From Candidatus Omnitrophota bacterium (GTDB lineage: Bacteria; Omnitrophota; Gorgyraeia; Zapsychrales; JANLHA01), in NCBI GenBank assembly GCA_040753435.1, contig JBFMEN010000003.1, positions 10,916 to 74,915 on the forward strand: DNA of 64,000 nt, given 5' to 3'. Positions 35,912-45,734 of this stretch are shown piece after piece. A program made the translations under genes and the position numbers. Numbering within the stretch: position 1 is the stretch's first letter; the number at the start of each line of letters is the position of its first letter. A model generated the notes under the pieces. That model saw only the letters and a program-made list of their open reading frames with translations, was not told where the DNA came from and made no database searches.

Positions 35912-36982
35912 ATGACAGGTACTGAAATTTTCGGGTTTTCAATGCAGCCCTGGCTCGTTATTCCCATAACCTATTTCTTGTGGGTCAGCGTGTTGCTCAT
36001 GATGAAGCGGGTTATCTTCAAGATCATTCATGGTTTTTCGGTGAAGACGTTGACCAGAATCGATGACATCATCGTCGGGTCTATGGATTTTCCGCTGACA
36101 CTCCTGATCTTTGTTAGCGGCGGCCTTGTGATCGAACGAATGATCCCTTTTGTCAATGGGGACCTTATGAATTATTTCATTATCGCGTTTAAGGTGACGG
36201 CTATCCTTGCCGTTGTCTTGTTTGCCGACCGCCTTTCTAATTCATTATTGAAAGTGTATTCGGATAAGGTTGATTTCCTCAGGGCTTCCGGAGGGATTAC
36301 ACGGGGAATTGTTCGCGCAATCGTTCTTGGTCTCGGATTGCTGATTCTTTTGGACAGTTTCGGAGTTTCGATCACGCCCGTTTTGGCTTCCCTGGGTGTT
36401 GGTTCGCTGGCGATCGCCCTTGCGTTACAGCCAACTTTGGAGAATTTTTTTGCCGGCGTACAGATCGTGATCGATAAACCGATCCAGGTCGGTCAATTCG
36501 TGAAACTCGAATCGGGGGAAGAAGGATATGTTTACAAGATCGGATGGCGTTCCACCTGGATCCGAATGCTTCCTAATAATATGGTGATTATGCCCAATAA
36601 GAATCTGGTGAATTCAAAAATCACCAACTTTTATTACCCTGAAAAAGAGCTTGCCGTTCTTGTGGAAGTCGGCGTTCATTATCAATCCGATCTGGAAAAA
36701 GTCGAAAGGGTCACGGTTGAGGTGGCCAGGCAGACGCTCAGGGAAGTTCCTGGAGGAGTTTCCGGCTTCGATCCGTTTATCCGTTACCATACTTTTGATG
36801 CCTCAAGTATTAATTTTTCCGTTATTCTTCGTGCCAAGGAATTTGTCGACGGCTTTTTGTTGAAGCATGAGTTTATTAAACGGCTGCAGAAACGTTATGC
36901 GCAGGAGGGGATTACCATTCCGTTCCCCATCGTTGCCGTCAATTACTCTCAGGAAAATGCGGAGAACAAAACGGAGATTTAG
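35912..36982 (+). CDS. Mechanosensitive ion channel (MscS family)
   Basis: TM domain plus a conserved beta-domain (PIQVGQFVKLESGEEGYVYKIGWRSTWIRMLPNNMVIMPNKNL). Confidence 0.85.
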   Translation: MTGTEIFGFSMQPWLVIPITYFLWVSVLLMMKRVIFKIIHGFSVKTLTRIDDIIVGSMDFPLTLLIFVSGGLVIERMIPFVNGDLMNYFIIAFKVTAILAVVLFADRLSNSLLKVYSDKVDFLRASGGITRGIVRAIVLGLGLLILLDSFGVSITPVLASLGVGSLAIALALQPTLENFFAGVQIVIDKPIQVGQFVKLESGEEGYVYKIGWRSTWIRMLPNNMVIMPNKNLVNSKITNFYYPEKELAVLVEVGVHYQSDLEKVERVTVEVARQTLREVPGGVSGFDPFIRYHTFDASSINFSVILRAKEFVDGFLLKHEFIKRLQKRYAQEGITIPFPIVAVNYSQENAENKTEI

Positions 36983-37027
36983 GTCAGTGTTAATAGGATG
37001 ATTAAGGTTATGGGGAGGGAATGAGAT

Positions 37028-37324
37028 ATGTTCGTGATTGCAAATTTTTTGGTGGCCCTGGCTCAAATATTAAGCGCCATATTCACCATCTTCTGGTGGC
37101 TTTTATTGATTCGCGTCCTGATTAGTTGGGTTAATCCTGATCCGTTCAATGTTTTTGTGCAGTTCCTGTATCGGATCACTGAGCCGGTTCTGGTTCCAAT
37201 CCGGCGTTTTCTGCCAATGATGGGGCCAGTCGATCTTTCACCGCTGGTTGCGTTCTTTTTGATCATTTTTTTAAGGACGTTTCTTATCCAGACGATTCTT
37301 GATCTCGCGTACAGTCTCCGGTAG
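37028..37324 (+). CDS. yggT: YggT family membrane protein
   Basis: LLLIRVLISWVNPDP...YRITEPVLVPIRRFLP. Confidence 0.8.
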   Translation: MFVIANFLVALAQILSAIFTIFWWLLLIRVLISWVNPDPFNVFVQFLYRITEPVLVPIRRFLPMMGPVDLSPLVAFFLIIFLRTFLIQTILDLAYSLR

Positions 37325-37404
37325 AAAAATAAATCCCTTGCAAAGTATTTATATTTAGTATATATAGTACTAATATTATTATTTTAATTAGAAAGGAAAG
37401 CGGG

Positions 37405-37701
37405 ATGCTTGACAAGATGAAACAATTGATGGAGATGAAGAAGCAGGCTGACAGGATCAAAAAAGAGCTGGATAATGTTATCGTTGATGTGAAAGAAGTA
37501 GAAGGTATTTCCCTTCAGATTACAGGTTCTCAAACGTTTCGTTCTATCGAAATCAGTCAGGATATGCTCGTTCCTGAGAATAAAGCGCGTTTGGAAAAAG
37601 ATTTACTGCGTAGTCTGAATTCAGCCATAAAGAAATCGCAAAAGACAGCTGCCGAAAAAATGGCGGCATCAATGCCGAAGATTCCAGGGTTTAATTTTTA
37701 A
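37405..37701 (+). CDS. ybaB: Nucleoid-associated protein YbaB/EbfC
   Basis: MLDKMKQLMEMKKQADRIKKEL..VEGISLQITG.. pattern; 98 aa. Confidence 0.85.
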   Translation: MLDKMKQLMEMKKQADRIKKELDNVIVDVKEVEGISLQITGSQTFRSIEISQDMLVPENKARLEKDLLRSLNSAIKKSQKTAAEKMAASMPKIPGFNF

Positions 37702-37820
37702 TCCGAAGCTAGGACAGGGGTTTTAGTTTCGTTGGCCGCCGAAGATGTATCGGTGGTTGAGGCTGATAGTGAGATTTAATCATTGTCGGCATGTAACAGA
37801 AAAACATTAAGGAGGACCAG

Positions 37821-38054
37821 ATGCCTTACGATCAATCGTTAGATAAAGAACTTTTCAAGGAATGCAAAGAATTTGACGGGACACGAATCACTGTTGGAGT
37901 TTTCCAATATAATGAAGGCGAGAAAAAGCTTCAGGTGGTCCGTGAAAATCGCACCCAGACTGATGAATGGCGTTTTGCCAAACTCGGCCGTATGACGAAA
38001 GAGGAAGTGGAAACGATTATTCCGGTCATGACCAAGGCCGTGGGATCCATGTAA
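37821..38054 (+). CDS. Hypothetical small protein
   Basis: 77 aa ORF with a GGAGG RBS. Confidence 0.4.
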   Translation: MPYDQSLDKELFKECKEFDGTRITVGVFQYNEGEKKLQVVRENRTQTDEWRFAKLGRMTKEEVETIIPVMTKAVGSM

Positions 38055-38085
38055 TTTTCTGAAGCGTTGAGAGGGAGGGGATTTT

Positions 38086-38559
38086 ATGCCTGAAGTATAC
38101 CTAAGCAGAGAAGGATATGAAAAGCTGCGGGAAGAGCTGGAATATATGAAGAATACAAAACGGCGTGAAATCGCGAAAGCGATCGCCGAAGCCCGGTCTC
38201 AGGGAGATCTTTCCGAAAATGCAGAATATGATGCGGCCAAAGATGCCCAGGCGCATTGTGAGGCGCGGATTGCTGAACTCGAATCCAGGTTGAGCAATGT
38301 TCGCATTATCGAAGATATGAATATCCCTGCCGATAAAGTTTATATCGGCGCCATCGTGACTCTTCTTGATTTTGAAAATGGGGAGGAGATTAAATATTCG
38401 ATGGTTTCACCTGAGGAGGCCGACTATGACCAAAACAAAATTTCTATTCTTTCTCCAATCGGAAAGGGATTGATGGGGAAGGCGCAGAATGAAGAGGTTG
38501 AGGTCAAAGTACCCGCCGGAATATTAAGATACAAGATTATGAAAATCGAACGACCATAA
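38086..38559 (+). CDS. greA: Transcription elongation factor GreA
   Basis: An N-terminal coiled coil with the DLSENAEYDAAKD acidic tip and a C-terminal FKBP-like domain. Confidence 0.9.
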   Translation: MPEVYLSREGYEKLREELEYMKNTKRREIAKAIAEARSQGDLSENAEYDAAKDAQAHCEARIAELESRLSNVRIIEDMNIPADKVYIGAIVTLLDFENGEEIKYSMVSPEEADYDQNKISILSPIGKGLMGKAQNEEVEVKVPAGILRYKIMKIERP

Positions 38560-38693
38560 ATATAATAAAAAATTCTGAACGCCAAAGACAAAATTTTAAT
38601 AATACGAAATACCGGAAGCTTAATTATGGTATTTGAGTCTTTGGTTCCTGAACTTGTTTAGAACTTTCGATTTCAGGACTTAGAATTTAAGTT

Positions 38694-38726
38694 CAGCTCC
38701 AGCCTAAAGGCTGGAGCTTTTTTTTG
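38694..38726. terminator. Bidirectional intrinsic terminator between greA (+) and the convergent membrane-protein gene (-)
   Basis: agctccagcctaaaggctggagct perfect hairpin followed by tttttttt, with an A-rich tract on the other side. Confidence 0.6.
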
Positions 38727-40020
38727 GAATGACGGAGAGGGAAATCCAGAGGATGAGAGCTGGGGCAAGGGCCATCAGGATTCTGTTGAGCGAAACAGCC
38801 AGCCACCATTCAATTTCAAAATAAGTGTTGACCCAATAATAAAAGATAACGATAAGCATATAGGCAATAACGGGTAAAACGAAAACATATTCTTTGAATA
38901 CTTTTTTAAAATTCAGCAGGGCTGCGGCTAACAGCAGAAACCACAGGAATCCCCATTTTAACCGGGTTATTTCAATAATAAAAAAACCCAGAATGATTTT
39001 GAGCCTTAACAGCGTTGATGGGTTCGATGATGAGGCCAGTCCGTTTATGAAGGTTTGGTTGCCCGGCGACAAAAATAACTGGAACAAAATGGATGGAAGA
39101 CCGGCGATCAGGGCGGCCGGCAGGAATAAAAATGCTTTTTCCTTCCAATCTTTATTTTTAAAAATAAAAGTCATGGCGACGGTGAAGGTTAGGCCGGCGA
39201 GGATTGTTCCTTCTGGTTTTATGAAGCTTAATATGCCGGTAAAGATGCCGGAAAAAATCAGAAATACATTTAATGATGTAAACGCCAGATAAAGGCTTCC
39301 CAAAGCAGCGAGCAGATACAGCCCAAGGAAAATATCCGCGTACTGACTGACGGCCAGGGTCATGAAGAAAGGAATGGTAAACAAGAACAGCGCTGGTATC
39401 CAGGAGAGTAAAGCCTGCATTCGCTTTCGTTGAAGAAAACCGAAAATAAAAAGCGATGTCAATGAACAGGAAAGAATGCTGTTCCAAAAAGGAATAAACC
39501 AGGGGGTATCCTTTGAAAAGGACCATGTCCAGACGTTCCACAAAGGAATGGCCAGCGGATAATGGGGACTGGAGCGCCACAGTTCCGGAGCGAAGAGTTC
39601 TTTCCATCGAGAACCTGAGAGCAGCAAAAATTTTGCTTTAAAATTCCATACCTGCCAGGCATCCCAGCCTCCGTCAGGATGATTCTTGGCAAAGATGAAT
39701 GATATAGTCCCTGTAATCAAAAGGATGAGCAGCGCGGGCACTAATTCTGAGAGAAAATAAGTTTTTTCGGGAAGCCCGGAGGTTTTGAGCGTTTTTGGGA
39801 CCAGAAGTCCGATGATCAGACCATGGGACATCAGGGTAAATAAAAGATTAAATGTATTGAAGAAGACAAAGCTGAAAAAACAGATAAAAATACTGATGCT
39901 GATTCCTGAAAGCAGAGAGAGCCCCAGAAAAAGTGAAAATGGTAACGCGGTATCCTTTAAAAATTTTTTAACGATTAGCGTTCCGGCGCAGAGAGATAAG
40001 AGATAAGGGATGATTTGCAT
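38704..40020 (-). CDS. Large polytopic membrane protein (hypothetical; possibly glycosyltransferase-39/DUF2079-like)
   Basis: 438 aa with more than 10 predicted TM helices. Confidence 0.5.
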   Translation of the reverse strand: MQIIPYLLSLCAGTLIVKKFLKDTALPFSLFLGLSLLSGISISIFICFFSFVFFNTFNLLFTLMSHGLIIGLLVPKTLKTSGLPEKTYFLSELVPALLILLITGTISFIFAKNHPDGGWDAWQVWNFKAKFLLLSGSRWKELFAPELWRSSPHYPLAIPLWNVWTWSFSKDTPWFIPFWNSILSCSLTSLFIFGFLQRKRMQALLSWIPALFLFTIPFFMTLAVSQYADIFLGLYLLAALGSLYLAFTSLNVFLIFSGIFTGILSFIKPEGTILAGLTFTVAMTFIFKNKDWKEKAFLFLPAALIAGLPSILFQLFLSPGNQTFINGLASSSNPSTLLRLKIILGFFIIEITRLKWGFLWFLLLAAALLNFKKVFKEYVFVLPVIAYMLIVIFYYWVNTYFEIEWWLAVSLNRILMALAPALILWISLSVIPKKSSSL

Positions 40021-40445
40021 TAGAGCCGATCAGGGTTGCTGGCCAGGACGAACCCGTTTTGGGTAGCGCCTATCATGACCATGCCTTCTTGTTTAATTTC
40101 ATTAAGGGCCTTAAGCGGGGATGAATAATTGTAAATGACAAAAGGCAAGTCTGTTTCATTTAACTCAAGTATTACCGGCGCCAAGGTGTACTGGGCAACA
40201 GCGAATTTGGCCGCAACTGATAGATCGTCCATGGAGCCGTCAGTTACATAACCGACTTTAGAAACATTGCCTAAAATATCGCGAAGAACTATAAAAGGTC
40301 TTCCAATAAAAACGTAAGGCTGGGAAGATATCTTTTTTAGACTCGAAGAAATGGCGGGGACTGTCATTGTCAGGTTGAATATTAAAGCGGCCAGAATGGC
40401 CAAAAGAAGAATATACGGATGCTTTCCCCAGATTTTTTTAAACAT
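40020..40445 (-). CDS. Hypothetical exported protein
   Basis: 141 aa with an N-terminal hydrophobic segment; its stop overlaps the downstream minus-strand gene start. Confidence 0.45.
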   Translation of the reverse strand: MFKKIWGKHPYILLLAILAALIFNLTMTVPAISSSLKKISSQPYVFIGRPFIVLRDILGNVSKVGYVTDGSMDDLSVAAKFAVAQYTLAPVILELNETDLPFVIYNYSSPLKALNEIKQEGMVMIGATQNGFVLASNPDRL

Positions 40446-40616
40446 CCCTGATCCTTAATCTAAATAAATGCACGGAAACGTTTCCATTTTACATAGATTT
40501 ACTTATAAATTCAAATAAAGATATTTTTTTATAAAACAAAAATTAATCTTTCGAAAAGATTAGCTAACAAGTATAATAATTTTTATTCTTATTAATATAA
40601 TAAAGAAAGAGACCAC

Positions 40617-41639
40617 GTGATAAAAGTCGGTATCATCGGATGCGGCCATTGGGGACCCAATCACATTCGTGTTTTTGAACAACTCCCTGATTCCCAGGCC
40701 TTTATTTGTGTGGACACAGATGCGTCCCGTTTGGAAGCCATCCGGCGTTCATTCCCTGATATTATTACCAAAACTGATTATCGGGAGGTTCTGAGTTCCA
40801 AAGAAGTCGATGCCGTTTGTGTTGCTTCGCCAACCAATACCCATTATGAAATCACAAAAGAAGCGTTATTGGCCGGCAAGCATGTATTATGTGAAAAACC
40901 GCTTTCGCTCAATGTGTCTCAATGCAGTGAACTGGCGTTGCTGGCGACGAAAGTCAAAAAAGTTTTGATGGTGGGACATGTTTTTGTTTTTAACGCCGGG
41001 ATTATTAAATTAAAAGAACTGATTGATTCCGGGGAGTTGGGCAAGGTTCAATACGCCCATGCCATTCGAACGAATCTGGGGCCGTTTCGTTATGATGTCA
41101 ATGCCTTGTGGGATCTGGCGCCGCATGATCTTTCCATTTTCAATTATCTTTTTGACAGTTGCCCCGTCAATGTGTCGGCGAGAGGACAACGTTATTTGGG
41201 CGACAAGTTGGAGGACGTGGCGTTCACTACGATGGAATATCCCGGCCGTGTTATCGCCAACGTCCATGTCAGCTGGCTTGATCCGAAAAAAGTCAGGCAG
41301 ATCACCATTGTCGGGGATAAAAAAATGGCGGTCTGGGATGATCTCGACAGCCTGGGCCCTGTTAAAATTTATGACAAGCATGTGGAACGGACTTCACGAT
41401 ATTATGAATCTTACGGAGAGTTTCAGCTTCTTTCCAGGGAAGGGAGCATTACGATTCCGAACATCGGTTTCAGCGAGCCCTTGAAAGTCCAGGATCAATA
41501 TTTTATCGAGTGTTTGACCAGTGGCTGTTCTCCGGTTAAGGCCGACGCACTCAAAGGCCTCGATGTCGTCAAGACACTGGTCGCCATTCAGCAGTCTATG
41601 GATCAAAGCGGTGCATCCGTGGAAATCGGAGGAGATTGA
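40617..41639 (+). CDS. Gfo/Idh/MocA family NAD(P)-dependent oxidoreductase (sugar dehydrogenase)
   Basis: MIKVGIIGCGHWG Rossmann start and EKP motif. Confidence 0.85.
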   Translation: MIKVGIIGCGHWGPNHIRVFEQLPDSQAFICVDTDASRLEAIRRSFPDIITKTDYREVLSSKEVDAVCVASPTNTHYEITKEALLAGKHVLCEKPLSLNVSQCSELALLATKVKKVLMVGHVFVFNAGIIKLKELIDSGELGKVQYAHAIRTNLGPFRYDVNALWDLAPHDLSIFNYLFDSCPVNVSARGQRYLGDKLEDVAFTTMEYPGRVIANVHVSWLDPKKVRQITIVGDKKMAVWDDLDSLGPVKIYDKHVERTSRYYESYGEFQLLSREGSITIPNIGFSEPLKVQDQYFIECLTSGCSPVKADALKGLDVVKTLVAIQQSMDQSGASVEIGGD

Positions 41640-42202
41640 TGGCGGATTATTTTCAGCATGAAAAAGCCCTTGTCAGCCCCGAAGCGAAGATTGGGAAAGG
41701 ATGCCGAATCTGGGCATTCACGAATATTCAGGACGGGGCGGTTGTGGGCGAAGGATGCAATGTCTGCGACGGGTGCTTCATCGAAGGAGGCGCTGTGATC
41801 GGCAATAATGTGACTTTAAAGAATGGCGTTTCGGTCTTTAACGGAATCACCATTGAAGATGACGTTTTTTGCGGCGCAAACGTCGCTTTTATCAATGACC
41901 GGTTTCCCCGAAGTCACAGGTCCATTCCCTGGACTCTCGAAAAGACAGTCGTTAAAAAGGGAGCGACGATAGGCGCGAATGTAACTCTTCTCTGCGGGAT
42001 CATGGTTGGTGAATACGCGTTTATCGGAGCGGGAAGCGTGGTGACAAAAGATGTTGTACCCCATGGTCTTGTTTATGGAAATCCCGCCGCTCTCCACGGC
42101 TATGCCTGTCATTGCGGGAAAAAGCTGGATGATTATTTGACATGTGCTTGCGGAGCTGTTTATGAAAAAGGCCCCGATGGAGTCGTCAGAAAGAAAGGTT
42201 GA
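41636..42202 (+). CDS. Left-handed beta-helix (hexapeptide-repeat) sugar N-acetyltransferase
   Basis: Repeated [LIV]G..[ST]...[LIV] hexapeptides (GKGCRIWAFTNIQDGAVVGEGCNVCDGCFIEGGAVIGNNV). Confidence 0.8.
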   Translation: MMADYFQHEKALVSPEAKIGKGCRIWAFTNIQDGAVVGEGCNVCDGCFIEGGAVIGNNVTLKNGVSVFNGITIEDDVFCGANVAFINDRFPRSHRSIPWTLEKTVVKKGATIGANVTLLCGIMVGEYAFIGAGSVVTKDVVPHGLVYGNPAALHGYACHCGKKLDDYLTCACGAVYEKGPDGVVRKKG

Positions 42203-42936
42203 TATTGGCTAGAGTCCTGGTTTGCCCGATTGCTTATAACGAGAATGTTAAACTTGAAAGTGCCATCAAGCGCTTTTCAACATGTTCATTAAGCCGTTCC
42301 GTCGATTATGTAGTTATGGATGACGGCTCAAATGATGGCACGACTGAGATGATCCGTTCTTTCACAGACAAGGGAGTCCGCACGATCAAACATCCTGAAT
42401 CACGCGGGGTAGGCGCCGCTATTCGTACGGCGATTGGTTATGCCAGGGAAAATGGTTATGAGATCATTGTGATCATGGCCGGCAATGATAAGGATGATCC
42501 AGAACAGATCGACCGGTTACTGCGGCCAATCATTAACGACGGATACGATTTGGTCCAGGGTTCGCGTTATCTTGAAGGAGGAGGCATTGGAGGTGATATG
42601 CCTTTGTATCGGAAGGTGGCGACCAGGATTCATCCGATGCTGATGTCATTCTTTTTAAAAAAGAAAGTGACCGACAGCACCAACGGTTTCAGGGCGATCC
42701 GGCTCGATATATTTAATGACAGCCGGATTAATTTAGACCAGGATTGGCTCAACCGGTATGAGCTTGAACCATACATACTTTTTCAGGCGATTCGCTGCGG
42801 CTATCGTTTTTGTGAGGTCCCTGTCACGAAAATCTATCCTCTAAAAAAACTTGGCTATACAAAAATGAAACCGGTCATCGGATGGTGGAGTATTTTGCGC
42901 CCGGTTTTTTTATTAGGGTTAGGAATGCGAAAATAG
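42199..42936 (+). CDS. Glycosyltransferase family 2
   Basis: VVMDDGSNDGT motif and DxD region; 245 aa. Confidence 0.85.
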   Translation: MILARVLVCPIAYNENVKLESAIKRFSTCSLSRSVDYVVMDDGSNDGTTEMIRSFTDKGVRTIKHPESRGVGAAIRTAIGYARENGYEIIVIMAGNDKDDPEQIDRLLRPIINDGYDLVQGSRYLEGGGIGGDMPLYRKVATRIHPMLMSFFLKKKVTDSTNGFRAIRLDIFNDSRINLDQDWLNRYELEPYILFQAIRCGYRFCEVPVTKIYPLKKLGYTKMKPVIGWWSILRPVFLLGLGMRK

Positions 42937-43682
42937 GAGAAGATGTGAAAGAATGCCCCCGCTGTCAAATCACTTTTCACATGGATGATCGCGAACGATG
43001 TCTTTACTGCAACACCATTCTGCAATCGTCCGATGAAGATAAAACTGATTTGACAAAACCCGTGAATTCGGGATTTCTGGGTATAGCCGCGGCTCAATCC
43101 GTTATTCAGAAGGTTGTTGATGATCATGGCATCAAGAATCTTACCCGGCTTCAATTCATCGTTTCCAGTTATTTCAGGACCCGGACCCTTCATTTTACCT
43201 ACGCGTTTTGCAGGAATGATTTTTTGATGGGGCCAGTGTTCAGACGCCGGATGATTCAACCTTTTAATATTACCTCGGCCTTGATGTTGCCATGGGTAGT
43301 ATTTAATCTTTTTGATTCCGTCTTCTGCCGGTTCCTTTATACAAGATATTGTCATAAATGCGGATGGAAATTCTATAAGGTTCAGAATAACAATGAACAT
43401 CATCATGAAGAATGCGAGTATAATCGGGAATACAAGAACTTGATCGAGGCGATCTTGAGGGGCAGTATTATGTGGGAAGAGGCGACATTCAAGCGCCTGG
43501 GTTTGATGAAAAAAAATGCGGGGCGCAGGAGCGCTTATTGGGAGCTTTGTGAAAAAAAAGTTTTTTTCTCGGGAGCTCTGGATATCGCGTGTATCTGGTT
43601 TTCGATTTGCCTCTGGACACTGCTGATTATTGGAATCTCGTTCCCGTATATTATTAAAGCCGTTTATATGCTGGAAGTTTAG
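42882..43682 (+). CDS. Hypothetical protein with an N-terminal C4 zinc ribbon and hydrophobic segments
   Basis: CPRCQ...CLYCNT near the N-terminus. The real start is probably downstream of the ORF-track start (GTG around 42945). Confidence 0.4.
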   Translation: MVEYFAPGFFIRVRNAKIGEDVKECPRCQITFHMDDRERCLYCNTILQSSDEDKTDLTKPVNSGFLGIAAAQSVIQKVVDDHGIKNLTRLQFIVSSYFRTRTLHFTYAFCRNDFLMGPVFRRRMIQPFNITSALMLPWVVFNLFDSVFCRFLYTRYCHKCGWKFYKVQNNNEHHHEECEYNREYKNLIEAILRGSIMWEEATFKRLGLMKKNAGRRSAYWELCEKKVFFSGALDIACIWFSICLWTLLIIGISFPYIIKAVYMLEV

Positions 43683-43702
43683 CATTTATTTAAAAAAGAA
43701 AA

Positions 43703-43990
43703 TTGATGATAAAGGGGAGGGGTATGAAAAAGCTGCTGATTTTGTTAATATTATCAGGACTTTTGGGATGCAGTTATGGCAAAGAGCATGTCGAGCTGAT
43801 ATTTGATAATCCGGGAGTCCTGGAAGATTCCCTCTACGCCGGTTATCAAAAGAAACTTGATGAAATCGAGAGACAATATCTCCGCAAAGAGATTTCCTAC
43901 GCGGACTATATAAGGCTTAAACAGGAGCTGGATGATCAGTATTCGGCTGAACAAGAAAAAAGAACCAGAATTATCGAAGGGAATAATTAA
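43703..43990 (+). CDS. Small lipoprotein (hypothetical)
   Basis: MKKLLILLILSGLLGCSYG lipobox. Confidence 0.45.
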   Translation: MMIKGRGMKKLLILLILSGLLGCSYGKEHVELIFDNPGVLEDSLYAGYQKKLDEIERQYLRKEISYADYIRLKQELDDQYSAEQEKRTRIIEGNN

Positions 43991-43998
43991 CGAATCCT

Positions 43999-44718
43999 AT
44001 GCGTATTTACGGTAAAAATCCGGTCCTGGAACGTCTGAAGAGCGAACCTAAAAGCATTCTGAAACTGTATTTGGAAACAGGACATGCTGAGTCGGGCTAT
44101 ATTAATAAGAAAGCCAGGAAATGGGGTATTCCTGTTCAGACAGTCACCAGGCAAAAGATGGACAAGATTGGACGGAATGTCAATACCCAGGGGATCATGG
44201 CCGAGATCGGGGAATTTGCTTATGTGGAGTTCGACGATTTGCTCACGAAGGCGGCGGAAAAAAAATTATGTTTGGTGTTTCTCGACGGCTTGACAGACCC
44301 GCAGAATCTGGGTGTCATTATCAGGAGCCTGGGGTGTTTGGGCGGGTTTGCGATTATACTTCCTGTCCATGATTCAGTATCGGTGACTGAAACGACATTG
44401 CGTATTTCCTGTGGCGGCGAAAATTATGTGTCGATTTCCCGTGTCGCCAATTTATCCAAAGCTATCCGTGAGGCGAAAGACAGGGATTTCTTGATTATGG
44501 GAGCAGTTGTTGACGAAGGCGAAGATATCAGGAAGGCGGATTTCCAATTTCCCGTCGCACTGGTGATCGGTTCGGAACAGAAAGGGATACGGCCGGTCAT
44601 TAGGAGCCTGCTGGACCGCAAAATTACCTTGCCCATGTCTCAAAACCGTTTGTCCCTGAATGCGGCCCAGGCAACGACTCTTTTTTGCTATGAGATCAGC
44701 CGGCGGCGCATTTCGTAA
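43999..44718 (+). CDS. SpoU/TrmH-family RNA 2'-O-methyltransferase (RlmB-like)
   Basis: N-terminal substrate-binding domain and SPOUT motifs (LVFLDGLTDPQNLG, VALVIGSEQKGI). Confidence 0.85.
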   Translation: MRIYGKNPVLERLKSEPKSILKLYLETGHAESGYINKKARKWGIPVQTVTRQKMDKIGRNVNTQGIMAEIGEFAYVEFDDLLTKAAEKKLCLVFLDGLTDPQNLGVIIRSLGCLGGFAIILPVHDSVSVTETTLRISCGGENYVSISRVANLSKAIREAKDRDFLIMGAVVDEGEDIRKADFQFPVALVIGSEQKGIRPVIRSLLDRKITLPMSQNRLSLNAAQATTLFCYEISRRRIS

Positions 44719-44734
44719 TGATGAAGGGAAGGGC

Positions 44735-45337
44735 ATGACGAAAAAGAAAAAGAAAACAAATAGTTCATATCAGGTTGCCCTGGATTTTTTTGCTGAAGCG
44801 GGCCTTTTGAAAAGGGTGCGACGAAGCGGATGGTGGGTTGCCGGTATAGACGATCCCGAGACCGTAGCGGATCATTCTTTTCGAACCGCTGTTATCGGTT
44901 TTTACATGGCTCATCTTGAGAAGGCAGATCCGTATAAAGTTGTTTCGATGTGTTTGTTTAATGACATTCATGAAGCCAGGATCAATGATCTCCACAAAAT
45001 GGGCCATTCCTATATTGATTTTAAAGATGCCGAAAAACGGGTGTTTGTTGACCAGGTGAAGAGACTCGACCAGGAGGTGCGTGAGCCGTTGTCCGCGTTA
45101 AGAAATGAATATGATGGGCAGTCGACCAGGGAGAGCCAAATTGCCCGTGATGCGGATATTCTTGAATGCTTGATCCAGGCCAAAGAGTATCTGGACAGCG
45201 GTTACCTGGAGGCGGAACATTTTTTCGGGTGCGCGCCGATGCATCTTAAATGCCAAACAGCCCAAAAAATATGGCTTAAAATTGCGGATTGGGATAGCAG
45301 CGACTGGTGGCAAAATGTGGTAAAATTTGAACGTTAA
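44735..45337 (+). CDS. HD-domain phosphohydrolase (YfbR-like 5'-nucleotidase family)
   Basis: ETVADHSFR..HD motif. The start was trimmed from 44660 to the ATG (MTKKKKK). Confidence 0.7.
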   Translation: MTKKKKKTNSSYQVALDFFAEAGLLKRVRRSGWWVAGIDDPETVADHSFRTAVIGFYMAHLEKADPYKVVSMCLFNDIHEARINDLHKMGHSYIDFKDAEKRVFVDQVKRLDQEVREPLSALRNEYDGQSTRESQIARDADILECLIQAKEYLDSGYLEAEHFFGCAPMHLKCQTAQKIWLKIADWDSSDWWQNVVKFER

Positions 45338-45427
45338 CTTAATAACAGGTGACGAACAAAGAGTGGTGAGATGTCATGGTTCAGGTTGTTTGTAAACCGT
45401 CGCCTGTTATTTTAAAAAGGAAAAAAG

Positions 45428-45727
45428 ATGAATCGAATCGGGATTGCGGCGAGCAAGATTGCCAAGGGAAATATTTTTGTTTTTAACGTCTGCGTCGTCT
45501 TCTTCGTATTTTTATTGTCATTTCTCGTTTTCATTGTTGCCGGACTCGTCATTATGCTGGCGTTGATCGTTTTAGGGTATGTCGTGAATGGTTTTCTACC
45601 CCAGGATCTTTTGACAGAATGGAAAAGTATTGTTGCCGTATGCATGGCGACCCTGACCGCGGTTGTCTGTTTTTTTGCTATTGTCGCCTTGATTCAAAAC
45701 ATCAAATTCAAATTGCCAGGGGAATAA
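45428..45727 (+). CDS. Small 2-3 TM membrane protein (hypothetical)
   Basis: 99 aa hydrophobic ORF upstream of the sensor kinase. Confidence 0.4.
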   Translation: MNRIGIAASKIAKGNIFVFNVCVVFFVFLLSFLVFIVAGLVIMLALIVLGYVVNGFLPQDLLTEWKSIVAVCMATLTAVVCFFAIVALIQNIKFKLPGE

Positions 45728-45734
45728 TCAATAT